Of a stretch of DNA of 50,356 bases, positions 1 to 7,419 are shown piece after piece. Location: contig CAYQOG010000002.1 of assembly GCA_964419095.1 (NCBI GenBank), forward strand, positions 1 to 50,356, in the 5' to 3' direction. The notes under the pieces are model-generated. The model ran no database searches. It was not told the origin of the DNA and worked only from the letters and a program-made list of their open reading frames with translations. Made by a program: the position numbers and the translations under genes. The stretch is from Candidatus Micrarchaeota archaeon (lineage in GTDB: Archaea; Micrarchaeota; Micrarchaeia; Micrarchaeales; CABMGC01). How positions within the stretch are numbered: position 1 is the first letter of the stretch; every line of letters begins with the position of its first letter.

Positions 1-115
1 AATCCGAGGTTCAAAGGCTGACATGCGCCTACCCTCGGCTTATCGCAGCTTGCCACGGCCTTCTTCGTTACTAGAGCCAAGCCATCCTCTAGGTGGCTTA
101 ATTAAAATTTCCAGT
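1..115 (-). rRNA. rrl: 23S (LSU) rRNA, 5' end only; the gene continues off the left edge
   Basis: The reverse complement of 1-100 reads GCCACCTAGAGGATGGCTTGGCTCTAGTAACGAAGAAGGCCGTGGCAAGCTGCGATAAGCCGAGGGTAGGCGCATGTCAGCCTTTGAACCTCGGATT. This is the conserved domain I 5' signature of LSU rRNA (GGATGGCTTGGC..GAAGGNCGTG..AAGCTGCGATAAGCC). The mature 5' end (about 105-115) is approximate. Confidence 0.85.
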
Positions 116-302
116 TCAACTTCTCCTCAAATCAATTGCTTAGCGCAATCTCACATAGTTTCCATGGTCCGGAGCATGATAGAAGGCATAGGCTATAGCC
201 CATGCAGTTTTGTCATCAAGCAAGAGTAGCTCTCGAGAAACCTTTCCTCTACAAGCTCACGGTGGCCACAAAAGCACCAAACCTATAGTTAGTACGATAA
301 GG

Positions 303-310
303 TTTATATA
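303..310 (-). promoter_or_regulatory. candidate TATA box for the 23S rRNA primary transcript
   Basis: TTTATATA (TATATAAA on the minus strand) lies between the stop of the upstream minus-strand CDS (358) and the 23S 5' end. It would give a leader of roughly 165 nt. The box is near-palindromic, so orientation is inferred from context. Confidence 0.35.
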
Positions 311-357
311 CCTTGCATCAGGGCAGATGGTACAAAGTCAACAGGAAAAGCTCACTT

Positions 358-969
358 TTACTGTGGAGGAACCGCCTGGTAGTGGAATATGGACTGGTCG
401 GGTACCTCCCTCACAACGGAGAGCACTCCTGTAGCAGCCTCGAAGGACGCGTGCCACGCTGTACTACCTGTCTCCACCTGTATCACACTCATATCTCCGA
501 TGTTGCGCCTTCCGTCGAGGAAGAAGTGCTCTACGCGTGTCTGCTCCCAAGAGAGGCTGCCATAGACCAGGATTACTCTAGTCGAATTCCAAGACATGTT
601 CCTGAGGCCTCCGCTATTTGCCTGCCAGAGGAAGTTCCAGTCAAGCGGCTCCAAGTGCGAGAGGAGATATATGTCTGTCTTCGGGTCATGCACAAGCATC
701 GCGCTGCAGCTGCCGAATCCCTCGCTTCCCATGTGCTCCACTGGACCTGTAGCCCTCGCAGGACGTGGCTCCTGGCGGAATAATTCTGTGAACGCGGCAG
801 GCGAAAGGATTCCTGTGCTGCCCTGCGCCACATATCTGTATGAAGTCGCATCTATGCTTAGGGCCCTGATGTTCTCTAAATACTTGTCTGCGGTCTGCTC
901 GACCCAACTCTCCCTGCGCAAGGGCTGCAATTCCTGTATCTGAGGATTCACTCTCCTGGTTCTTGTCAT
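358..969 (-). CDS. hypothetical protein (203 aa) with a CheD-like Cys..His motif
   Basis: It is the longest ORF in a region where several frames are open. Codon usage (AGG, ATA, GAG) matches neighbouring genes. The motif GFGSCSAMLVHDPKTDIYLLSHLEP (C-x16-H) resembles the catalytic core of CheD-type deamidases as I remember it. Confidence 0.5.
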   Translation of the reverse strand: MTRTRRVNPQIQELQPLRRESWVEQTADKYLENIRALSIDATSYRYVAQGSTGILSPAAFTELFRQEPRPARATGPVEHMGSEGFGSCSAMLVHDPKTDIYLLSHLEPLDWNFLWQANSGGLRNMSWNSTRVILVYGSLSWEQTRVEHFFLDGRRNIGDMSVIQVETGSTAWHASFEAATGVLSVVREVPDQSIFHYQAVPPQ

Positions 970-1380
970 AAATTACACTTTATTAATCTTAAGAATCGAG
1001 ATCCGGCCTGCACACTATCAACCGCATTTTACCCTTAATAACATTCTCTAGGTTTTGTTCCATCTAAGCCGTACAAAAAGTTTAAATAGGAAGTTCCTTC
1101 TACATTATACTGTTTTTAATAAGGCGAGAAAATGAAAATAAAGTTTTGGAATAGAGAACCCCGAGAGGTACGACCGCAGCAGGAAGACTTGCATCAGGCC
1201 AAGCGCGACAGGATCGGATCGGAAGAGGCCCAGCGAACCAGTACCGACAGCAGCGTTAGTATAGACACCACGCGAGAATTCAGGAGCACGCACGTGAACA
1301 ACAAGTTAGTTGCAAGGGATGCAAGAGCACTTGGAGAAATCACAAGGCCTCACGGAATACGCAGGGCACACCGCACCTGA

Positions 1381-1689
1381 TCAGATCATCTTGTAGATGT
1401 GGAGATAGGGCACTCCGCTTATCGTAGCGGCATCGCTCCTAGATGCAAGCCCCTTCTCAATGCACACCGAAAGGGATTCCTCCCCCACTACGTTCGCAGT
1501 GTATACCGCTTCCTTTGAGATCATCTTCGCGGCGGTTTTCTTGTCAACGAGTTCTCCCCTGTAGAACTCGCCATAACTCGCAAGGTCGAGCTCGCGCTTT
1601 CCCTCCTTCAACCGCTTTCCTATAAGCTCCTCGTCGCACATCGCCACAACTGCGCCCTTCTCTGTCTCGTGGAGCCTTATGTAGATCAT
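1381..1689 (-). CDS. DUF424-family archaeal protein
   Basis: 102 aa. MIYIRLHETEKGAVVAMCDEELIGKRLKEGKRELDL..FYRGE matches the conserved N-terminus of archaeal DUF424 proteins. Confidence 0.8.
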   Translation of the reverse strand: MIYIRLHETEKGAVVAMCDEELIGKRLKEGKRELDLASYGEFYRGELVDKKTAAKMISKEAVYTANVVGEESLSVCIEKGLASRSDAATISGVPYLHIYKMI

Positions 1690-1692
1690 GGA

Positions 1693-3243
1693 CTAACCGT
1701 ATCTATAGAAGAAAAAGAAGGTGGAGCTGTAGAGAAGGCCGTACCAGAGCAGCCACATCCCTCCGGAGAAATTATCGATGAATATGGCAATGGCTCCCAA
1801 TGAGAGCAGCAGTGCAGAGAAGGAAATCTCGAGCATCGAGCTCCTCATCGCATGGAGCAGATTGCCCCCTTTCCTTGCGTTTATGCGCACCCACTTCGCC
1901 CGCGGGTTGATGCTGAATATCGCGCTTACCGCAGCCTTTGTCCTTATAAGAACAAGCGCAAAGTTGACTATGAAGATCATGAGGCCCTTGGTCGCCGACT
2001 TGAAATAGAGCTTGGTCAATATCACCGGGGTCATTATCGAGACAAGGAGAGCGGTGACACCGAATATCTCAAGGTATATGTTGAGGTTGTTCGTGACCAG
2101 GAGGCTCTGTATAGTTATATGGGCCACAGGAAATGTGGAAAAGACTATGAGCACCGAGATTATCGTGAAGAGCAGAAGCATGGTGGAGAGGTAATTGAGC
2201 CCGAAGCCGTGCGTCATGTAGTCGAGCTGCGAAAGCGGCGAGAGGAGCTTGTTCTCCTTCTCCTTTTTCCTTACGAAGAAGTATTTCAGGAATTGCGTAT
2301 CGCCGTAATTGTATCTCCACTGCTGCTTTGCGAGCTCGCTGAATGTCTTTATCGGCTTGCCCAGTGCATAGACCTTCGGGAGGTAGAGGCTCTTGTACTT
2401 GTTCAGATCCGATTCGAAGCTGAAGAAGGTATCCTCTATTATGTACTCGGGGAATCCGCCTATCTCGTCAAGCGCGGATCTCCTTATGATCCCGCACGAG
2501 CCTGCGAAGATCGCAGTGTTGTTCAGCGCCCTGGCAGGCTGTATGAACTTGAAGAAGAATGCGTCGAAAAGGTCTATCGTGTCCGAGAATAGAGTGCCTT
2601 CCGCATACCTCTTCTCGGTCTGTATGTACGACACGTTCCTGTCAGCAAAGAAGGGCAGCGTGTCCATCAGGAAGTCCCTGTTAGTCAATGTCTCATCGTA
2701 GTCGAATATGGCAACGAACTCCTCCTTCGAGTGCTTGAGCATCTCGTTGAGCGCTCCCGCCTTGTACCCTTTCCGTGTGTTGCGGTGCAGGTATACAAAA
2801 TCGTTCTTCTCGCAGAACTTGCTGAGCTGCATATTCACATTGCTATCCGTCGAATCGTCAAGCAGGTAGTATCGTGCCTTTCCCTTAGGGTAGTTCATCT
2901 CCTTCAGCGTAATCATGTTCTCCATGACTATCGAGGGGCTCTCGTTGAAAGTGGGCACCGCGATCGCGACTGTAGGGAACCTGCTCAGTGGCGTCAGCCT
3001 CCTCTCTATGCCTTCTATATACTTGTCATAGAAATACGAGCGGTAGTACCAATAGGATGTCGCAATGTTGAATACGCCCGAAATGAGCGAGAGGCAGAGG
3101 AAGACTATGGCTATCGCATAAGTGTAAAGCGACTGGGCGTTATAGATAAGGTAGGCCGAAAATATTAGGCCCATGACTGTCAGCACGGAGAATAGGACTA
3201 TGCCGAGAAAACGAATCCTATAATCCCCTATCGACCTTTCCAT
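1693..3243 (-). CDS. family 2 glycosyltransferase, multi-pass membrane, processive synthase-like
   Basis: 516 aa with N- and C-terminal hydrophobic segments. GT2 motifs are present: AVPTFNES, LLDDSTD, AGALN, FDYDE, GSCGIIRR, IIEDT and QQWRYNYG (Q-x-x-R-W type). Confidence 0.9.
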   Translation of the reverse strand: MERSIGDYRIRFLGIVLFSVLTVMGLIFSAYLIYNAQSLYTYAIAIVFLCLSLISGVFNIATSYWYYRSYFYDKYIEGIERRLTPLSRFPTVAIAVPTFNESPSIVMENMITLKEMNYPKGKARYYLLDDSTDSNVNMQLSKFCEKNDFVYLHRNTRKGYKAGALNEMLKHSKEEFVAIFDYDETLTNRDFLMDTLPFFADRNVSYIQTEKRYAEGTLFSDTIDLFDAFFFKFIQPARALNNTAIFAGSCGIIRRSALDEIGGFPEYIIEDTFFSFESDLNKYKSLYLPKVYALGKPIKTFSELAKQQWRYNYGDTQFLKYFFVRKKEKENKLLSPLSQLDYMTHGFGLNYLSTMLLLFTIISVLIVFSTFPVAHITIQSLLVTNNLNIYLEIFGVTALLVSIMTPVILTKLYFKSATKGLMIFIVNFALVLIRTKAAVSAIFSINPRAKWVRINARKGGNLLHAMRSSMLEISFSALLLSLGAIAIFIDNFSGGMWLLWYGLLYSSTFFFFYRYG

Positions 3244-3344
3244 GTGAATCTAGACTTTTGCAGATAGCATTACATTGTACCTACCTTTTTATATACTTTT
3301 TCTGATTTCACGGTTTGAAAATCCAAGGACGCCGAATCTCAATG

Positions 3345-3352
3345 TTATAAAT
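3345..3352 (+). promoter_or_regulatory. TATA box for tRNA-Ser
   Basis: TTATAAAT ends 30 nt upstream of the tRNA 5' end at 3383. Confidence 0.5.
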
Positions 3353-3382
3353 ATCTTCCATGGCAATACTGCAATGATCCTT

Positions 3383-3481
3383 GCCGGGGTGGCAGAATCC
3401 GGTAACGCGCCAGTTGCATTCAGGCGAAACTCGAGATCTGGTTTCCGCAAGGAAGTTAGGGTTCGAATCCCTACCCCGGCG
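3383..3481 (+). tRNA. tRNA-Ser(CGA) with a 15-nt insert (3414-3428) in the 5' strand of the anticodon stem
   Basis: Elements found:
- Acceptor stem GCCGGGG/CCCCGGC with discriminator G.
- D region GCA-GAATCCGGTAA-CGC.
- Anticodon stem CCAG[TTGCATTCAGGCGAA]A, loop CTCGAGA, 3' strand TCTGG.
- 15-nt variable arm with a TTCC-GCAA-GGAA hairpin.
- T arm TAGGG-TTCGAAT-CCCTA.
No CCA is encoded. Confidence 0.8.
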
Positions 3482-3505
3482 ATCACAGGCAGGAAAAGGC
3501 GATGC

Positions 3506-4741
3506 TCACTGGAAGAGCAGCTTCAGGTCAAGCTCGTCAGACTTTGTTATCTCGTTTATCAGGACCGTTGCATATGAGCCTGAAGGTATAGAGAAGTCAA
3601 GCCGCATTCTCTTCTCCTCTATTTCAGTTGCAAGGTCCTTGACCGGCGCAAGCATCGACCTGAAAGAGCCCCTCATACTCAGCTCCGGCATGCTCTTTAT
3701 CTTGAATGAATCCCTCGTTATCCCCAGTTTTTCGAGTATCTCCCTCTCATCCTCGTTTATGTAATCGTCTTTCGTCTCATAGCCTATGAGCGGCGCAAGA
3801 GGGAAGGCGCCTTTCTCGCTGATCGGATTGCCGACATCTGGGAATCCGTAGAGGTTGGCGTTGCAGTATACGTTTGAAACAAAATCCTTCCCTCTCACGC
3901 GCTCCTCAACCTCCATGTTGAAGAGAAGGGATTGCACCGCATGGATAAACATGAGCGATATGCCTCTCGGAAGCCTGCGCAACGCGCCGGCATAGTCGCC
4001 GCTGTGCGTTGAGAGGTAGCTCATCACGTAGAATTCGTTCTTCAGGTACCTGGGGAAATATGAGAGCGCCGCGGCGAAGTCCTGTTCATCGTAAAGCTTC
4101 TTCCTCGCCGCTATAGCAGCGCTATTCTCCTCGCCTGTCGTATCGGCAAGCATCAGTATCACGGCACCCTCGAAGTCCCCCCTCATTATCGCAAGGCCTA
4201 TCTTCGCGTTGTTGAGCCTTGAGCCGAATCTCTGCCTGTCGAAATAGTTCGAGACGAGGCCGTCGAGCTGCCCGATTATTTTCTCCGCGTTCTCGGGCCG
4301 TGCAACATTCTCCACAACCACGCTGAATGCGTTGCCGAGGTTGCTGCCCATCTCCACCCCGTTGCTTTTCCATGCGCCGTTTATCGAGAGGTCCTTTATC
4401 CTCAGTTCCAGGATCTTCTCCGGGGCAGTCCCATAGACGCTCGCAAGCTGCACCGAGACCGAGATCCTGTCCTTCGTCCCTGCATAGCCTATCGACTTCT
4501 TGCCATGCCCGACCTTCTTCGCTATGGTCACAAGCGCCTGCACCGTGTTCCATTCCTTCTTCTGCAATACGAAGGTTGTGAACTTGCCATCCGCGACCTC
4601 TTCTTCCTCCAATTCCGTCGCCGTGTATCTGGCATCGGGCGCAAGCACCTTGCCTTTCGAGGTTATCTCCTTTACTATGAAGTCGGCGGCGCTCTCCTTT
4701 ATGGTGCCTCCGGTGCCTTCTGTGCTGGTCATGTGGAGCAT
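3506..4741 (-). CDS. truD: tRNA pseudouridine(13) synthase TruD
   Basis: 411 aa with the catalytic motif YAGTKDRISVSVQ (G-x-K-D-R), NYFDRQRFG and FIVKEI. The TATA position (4752-4759) suggests the real start may be the ATG at 4732. Confidence 0.9.
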   Translation of the reverse strand: MLHMTSTEGTGGTIKESAADFIVKEITSKGKVLAPDARYTATELEEEEVADGKFTTFVLQKKEWNTVQALVTIAKKVGHGKKSIGYAGTKDRISVSVQLASVYGTAPEKILELRIKDLSINGAWKSNGVEMGSNLGNAFSVVVENVARPENAEKIIGQLDGLVSNYFDRQRFGSRLNNAKIGLAIMRGDFEGAVILMLADTTGEENSAAIAARKKLYDEQDFAAALSYFPRYLKNEFYVMSYLSTHSGDYAGALRRLPRGISLMFIHAVQSLLFNMEVEERVRGKDFVSNVYCNANLYGFPDVGNPISEKGAFPLAPLIGYETKDDYINEDEREILEKLGITRDSFKIKSMPELSMRGSFRSMLAPVKDLATEIEEKRMRLDFSIPSGSYATVLINEITKSDELDLKLLFQ

Positions 4742-4842
4742 TAGACGCGCCTATAAAAGCTTTCTCAAGCCAATTAATATATAACAGTAGAACAAAGAGT
4801 TATAGGATAGAGAAACTCTCGTTTGATAGATCGCAAGTGGTA

Positions 4843-5661
4843 ATGTTGAAGGATGACTCTTTCGTTGAAAAGATTCTGTACCGGCTGGTGAAGAAGCACG
4901 TATCCGGGACCACAATGAGTTCAGCGCTCGAAAAGACAAAGGAGCTGAACAGCAAGAACACGCATGTCTCGATAACCTTCCTCAGCAATAGCATAGCGAC
5001 CAGGCCGAAGGCAAGGTATGTGACTACTACTTACCTTGAGCTTGTCCGCCAGATATCAAGGCTTGGCCTTAAGGCAAGCATACAGGCGCCGCTCAATCAG
5101 CTCGGTCTCGATGTAGATGAGGCAACCGCTTCGGAAAACCTCCGCGAGCTGATCAGGACGGGAAACAAGCACGGCGTCTTCGTATGGGCTGAGATACCTT
5201 ACGGCGGTGAATTCGCAACCCATGAATTCGACGATGCAAGGGGATTCGGAATAGCAGCGCCTGTGTCGGAGATTGCGCATACGATCAAGGACCACGGCAC
5301 TATCAAGGCTTTCAAGGCGATATTCTCAACCGCAGACGAGTCGAACTGGCAGGTGCTCGCAAAACAGCTTGAGCGCCTTCCTGCAACAGTGGGAAACAGG
5401 GTCATGCTCTCCGCTCCCGAGACTGTCGTAAAGAAGATGATGAACGGAGGCAAGGGCAACAAGTCGATAATATTTGAATTCAGGTTCGGGGAGAGCAGCA
5501 AGAGGCTGAAGAAGCTGGCAAAGAGGGGCGCAAGGACGAGCGTCTACCTTCCTTTCGGAAAGGACTGGCAGGCTTACGCGATGAACAACGTGCCTGAAGG
5601 GTATATGCGCTTCCTTGCGGGAAAGTTCCTCGACGAAAGGGAGAGCAAGAGCAGGGGTTGA
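4843..5661 (+). CDS. proline dehydrogenase-family protein (divergent)
   Basis: The N-terminus (HVSGTTMSSALEKTKELNSKNTHVSITFL) and C-terminus (YLPFGKDWQAYAMNNVPEGYMRFL) resemble PRODH family ends (..AGET.EEAL..L...G..; YVPYG..W..Y..RR..E). The ATG at 4843 is preferred over the GTG at 4837. Confidence 0.55.
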   Translation: MLKDDSFVEKILYRLVKKHVSGTTMSSALEKTKELNSKNTHVSITFLSNSIATRPKARYVTTTYLELVRQISRLGLKASIQAPLNQLGLDVDEATASENLRELIRTGNKHGVFVWAEIPYGGEFATHEFDDARGFGIAAPVSEIAHTIKDHGTIKAFKAIFSTADESNWQVLAKQLERLPATVGNRVMLSAPETVVKKMMNGGKGNKSIIFEFRFGESSKRLKKLAKRGARTSVYLPFGKDWQAYAMNNVPEGYMRFLAGKFLDERESKSRG

Positions 5662-5665
5662 TCCT

Positions 5666-6634
5666 ATGGCCAAGACTGTTTTGGTAACCGGCGCAAGCGG
5701 CAGGATGGGCAGGTACATAGCCAAGGCGCTCATTGACAAAGGGTACAAGGTGCGCTCCCTAGTGCAGAACAGGGATCACATACTTACGCTGCCCGCAGGC
5801 ACGGTGCCATATCTCGGCGACATCGGCAATCCCAAGACGGTAAACAAGGCATGCGACGGCGCCGATGCAGTGATACATCTCGCAGGAGTGGTCAGCGAAT
5901 ACAAGTTCACTACGGAGGAGATACTCAAGGCAAACGTTGTCGGCACGAGGAACGTGCTCGACGCGTGCAAGGATAACGGCGTAAAGAAAATGATTTTCTC
6001 AAGCTCGGTCGATGTCTATGGCAGGGTTCGAAAGGAGCGCCTATCAGAATCGTCATCGCCCAAGCCGACCGACAAATATGGGTACAGCAAGATGCTTGCG
6101 GAGGGCGTGATAAAAGAGGAGGCGGGGCAGGTAAACTGCACGATCTTCAGGCTTGCAACGGCGTACGGCCCTGGATTCGAGCACTCGTTCTTCAAAGTGC
6201 TGAGGCTCATAAAGCAGGGGAAGGCATACATGGTGGGCACCGGGGAGAACCATCTCGCCCTGATACACGTCAGCGACGTAGCGCGCGGGTTCATTCTTGC
6301 CCTTACGGAGAGATCAGCAAGCAACATGGTCTTCAACCTCACGGATGGGGGAGAGTATACACAGAAGTACCTATTCGAGCTCACGGCCCAGCTGCTCGAT
6401 GCGCCCAAGCCGACAAAGCAGATAAGCAGCCTGGTCATGAATGTGATGGCAAAGACAAGGAACATAGACAGCGACGAGCTGAGGTTCCTTACAAGCAACA
6501 GGATCATAGACATTTCACTTGCCAAGAAGGAACTGGGCTTCAGGCCTCTTATGGGAATCAAGGATGGGGCGAGGGAACTGGTCAAGGAATTCCTAGAGAA
6601 GCAGGTATACGCGGAGATGAGGTCTGCATTATGA
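5666..6634 (+). CDS. NAD-dependent epimerase/dehydratase (extended SDR)
   Basis: VLVTGASGRMGRYIA (Rossmann G-x-x-G-x-x-G) and YGYSKMLAE (Y-x-x-x-K). The ATG at 5666 sits 4 nt after the upstream stop. Confidence 0.85.
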   Translation: MAKTVLVTGASGRMGRYIAKALIDKGYKVRSLVQNRDHILTLPAGTVPYLGDIGNPKTVNKACDGADAVIHLAGVVSEYKFTTEEILKANVVGTRNVLDACKDNGVKKMIFSSSVDVYGRVRKERLSESSSPKPTDKYGYSKMLAEGVIKEEAGQVNCTIFRLATAYGPGFEHSFFKVLRLIKQGKAYMVGTGENHLALIHVSDVARGFILALTERSASNMVFNLTDGGEYTQKYLFELTAQLLDAPKPTKQISSLVMNVMAKTRNIDSDELRFLTSNRIIDISLAKKELGFRPLMGIKDGARELVKEFLEKQVYAEMRSAL

Positions 6635-7419
6635 AAATAGGAAAAGTTGAGAGATACATAAACGAGAGACTTGAGGAACGGGGAGCCTTGCTCCTGACGC
6701 TGATAGATCCTGTCGACTACAAGACGCCGGAACTGGCGATGAAGACGGGGCAGGCCGCAGCCGAGGGAGGCGCCGACATAGTGCTAATAGGAGGGAGCAT
6801 AGGCGCGCAGGGAGATCTCCTTGAATATGTAACGAAAAGCATCAAGGATGTAACGAATACCCCTGTCGTCCTCTTTCCAGGCAACATAGCGACGCTCACA
6901 AAGCATGCCGATGCTGTATATTTCATGTCCCTGCTCAACGCAAGGAATCCATACTGGATAACACAGGCACAGATGCTGTCTGCCCCGATAATAAAGCAGA
7001 TGGGCATAGAGCCTCTCTCTGTCGGATACATTGTAGTATCGCCCGGCGGAACAGTAGGATGGGTAGGCGACGCGAACCTTGTTCCGAGGGAGAAGCCCAG
7101 GATAGCGGCTGCGCTCGCGCTTGCGGGAGAGTACCTCGGAAACAGGTTCATAGTGACTGATGCGGGATCGAACCCGCAGCTGCAGGGAGGAGGGCCGGTT
7201 CCGCCTGAGATGATCCGCGCCGTCAAGAGCGCGGTGAGCGTGCCTTACATAGTTGCCGGAGGGATAAGGGACAAGGATACGCTGACAACGACGCTCCGCA
7301 GCGGAGCTGACGGCGTGCAGATAGGCACCGCATTCGAGGGAAGTACCGACGTGAAAAAGCAGACGGAGTTCTTCGCCAAGATAATCAGGGAGGAAGGGAA
7401 GAGGAAGCTCGGCAAGTAG
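6631..7419 (+). CDS. geranylgeranylglyceryl phosphate synthase (PcrB/GGGPS family)
   Basis: 262 aa with LTLIDP, ADIVLIGGS, FPGN, GYIVVSPGGTVGWVG, TDAGS and VAGGIRD. The start overlaps the upstream stop (ATGA). Confidence 0.9.
   Translation: MKIGKVERYINERLEERGALLLTLIDPVDYKTPELAMKTGQAAAEGGADIVLIGGSIGAQGDLLEYVTKSIKDVTNTPVVLFPGNIATLTKHADAVYFMSLLNARNPYWITQAQMLSAPIIKQMGIEPLSVGYIVVSPGGTVGWVGDANLVPREKPRIAAALALAGEYLGNRFIVTDAGSNPQLQGGGPVPPEMIRAVKSAVSVPYIVAGGIRDKDTLTTTLRSGADGVQIGTAFEGSTDVKKQTEFFAKIIREEGKRKLGK

Noticed and set aside
313-943. Multiple overlapping ORFs in other frames (313-783+, 573-851-, 596-943+, 686-907-).
   Set aside because: All lie inside the 358-969 minus-strand ORF. They have Arg/Ala/Cys/Ser-rich, low-complexity translations typical of off-frame reading of G+C-richer coding DNA. 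Only the 203-aa frame shows host-like codon usage.
970-1380. Possible SRP (7S) RNA, RNase P RNA or 5S rRNA in the gap between the CheD-like gene and DUF424.
   Set aside because: On both strands I looked for SRP helix-8/helix-6 features, the long 5'/3' helix 5, RNase P CR-I/CR-V (GGAAAGUCC, ACAGAA..GGCUUA) and the 5S loop motifs. I found only loose resemblances, namely GGAA-containing stretches and one 8-bp long-range complement. I found no nested long-range helix. It is kept only as an unresolved gap.
1852-2592. 246-aa plus-strand ORF (and neighbours) antisense to the GT2 glycosyltransferase.
   Set aside because: It is fully embedded in a gene with clear GT2 motifs. The translation is Arg/Glu/Leu/Tyr-rich with no motifs. 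It is an antisense artefact.
3383-3481. Alternative reading of the tRNA as tRNA-Cys(GCA) with a canonical 37/38 intron (stem GCCAG/CTGGT, loop TTGCAT..).
   Set aside because: That reading would place a pyrimidine at position 37, leave no nucleotide 26, and give a Cys tRNA a 15-nt variable arm. The Ser(CGA) fold explains the long variable arm, G73 and the Ser-like acceptor and D region.
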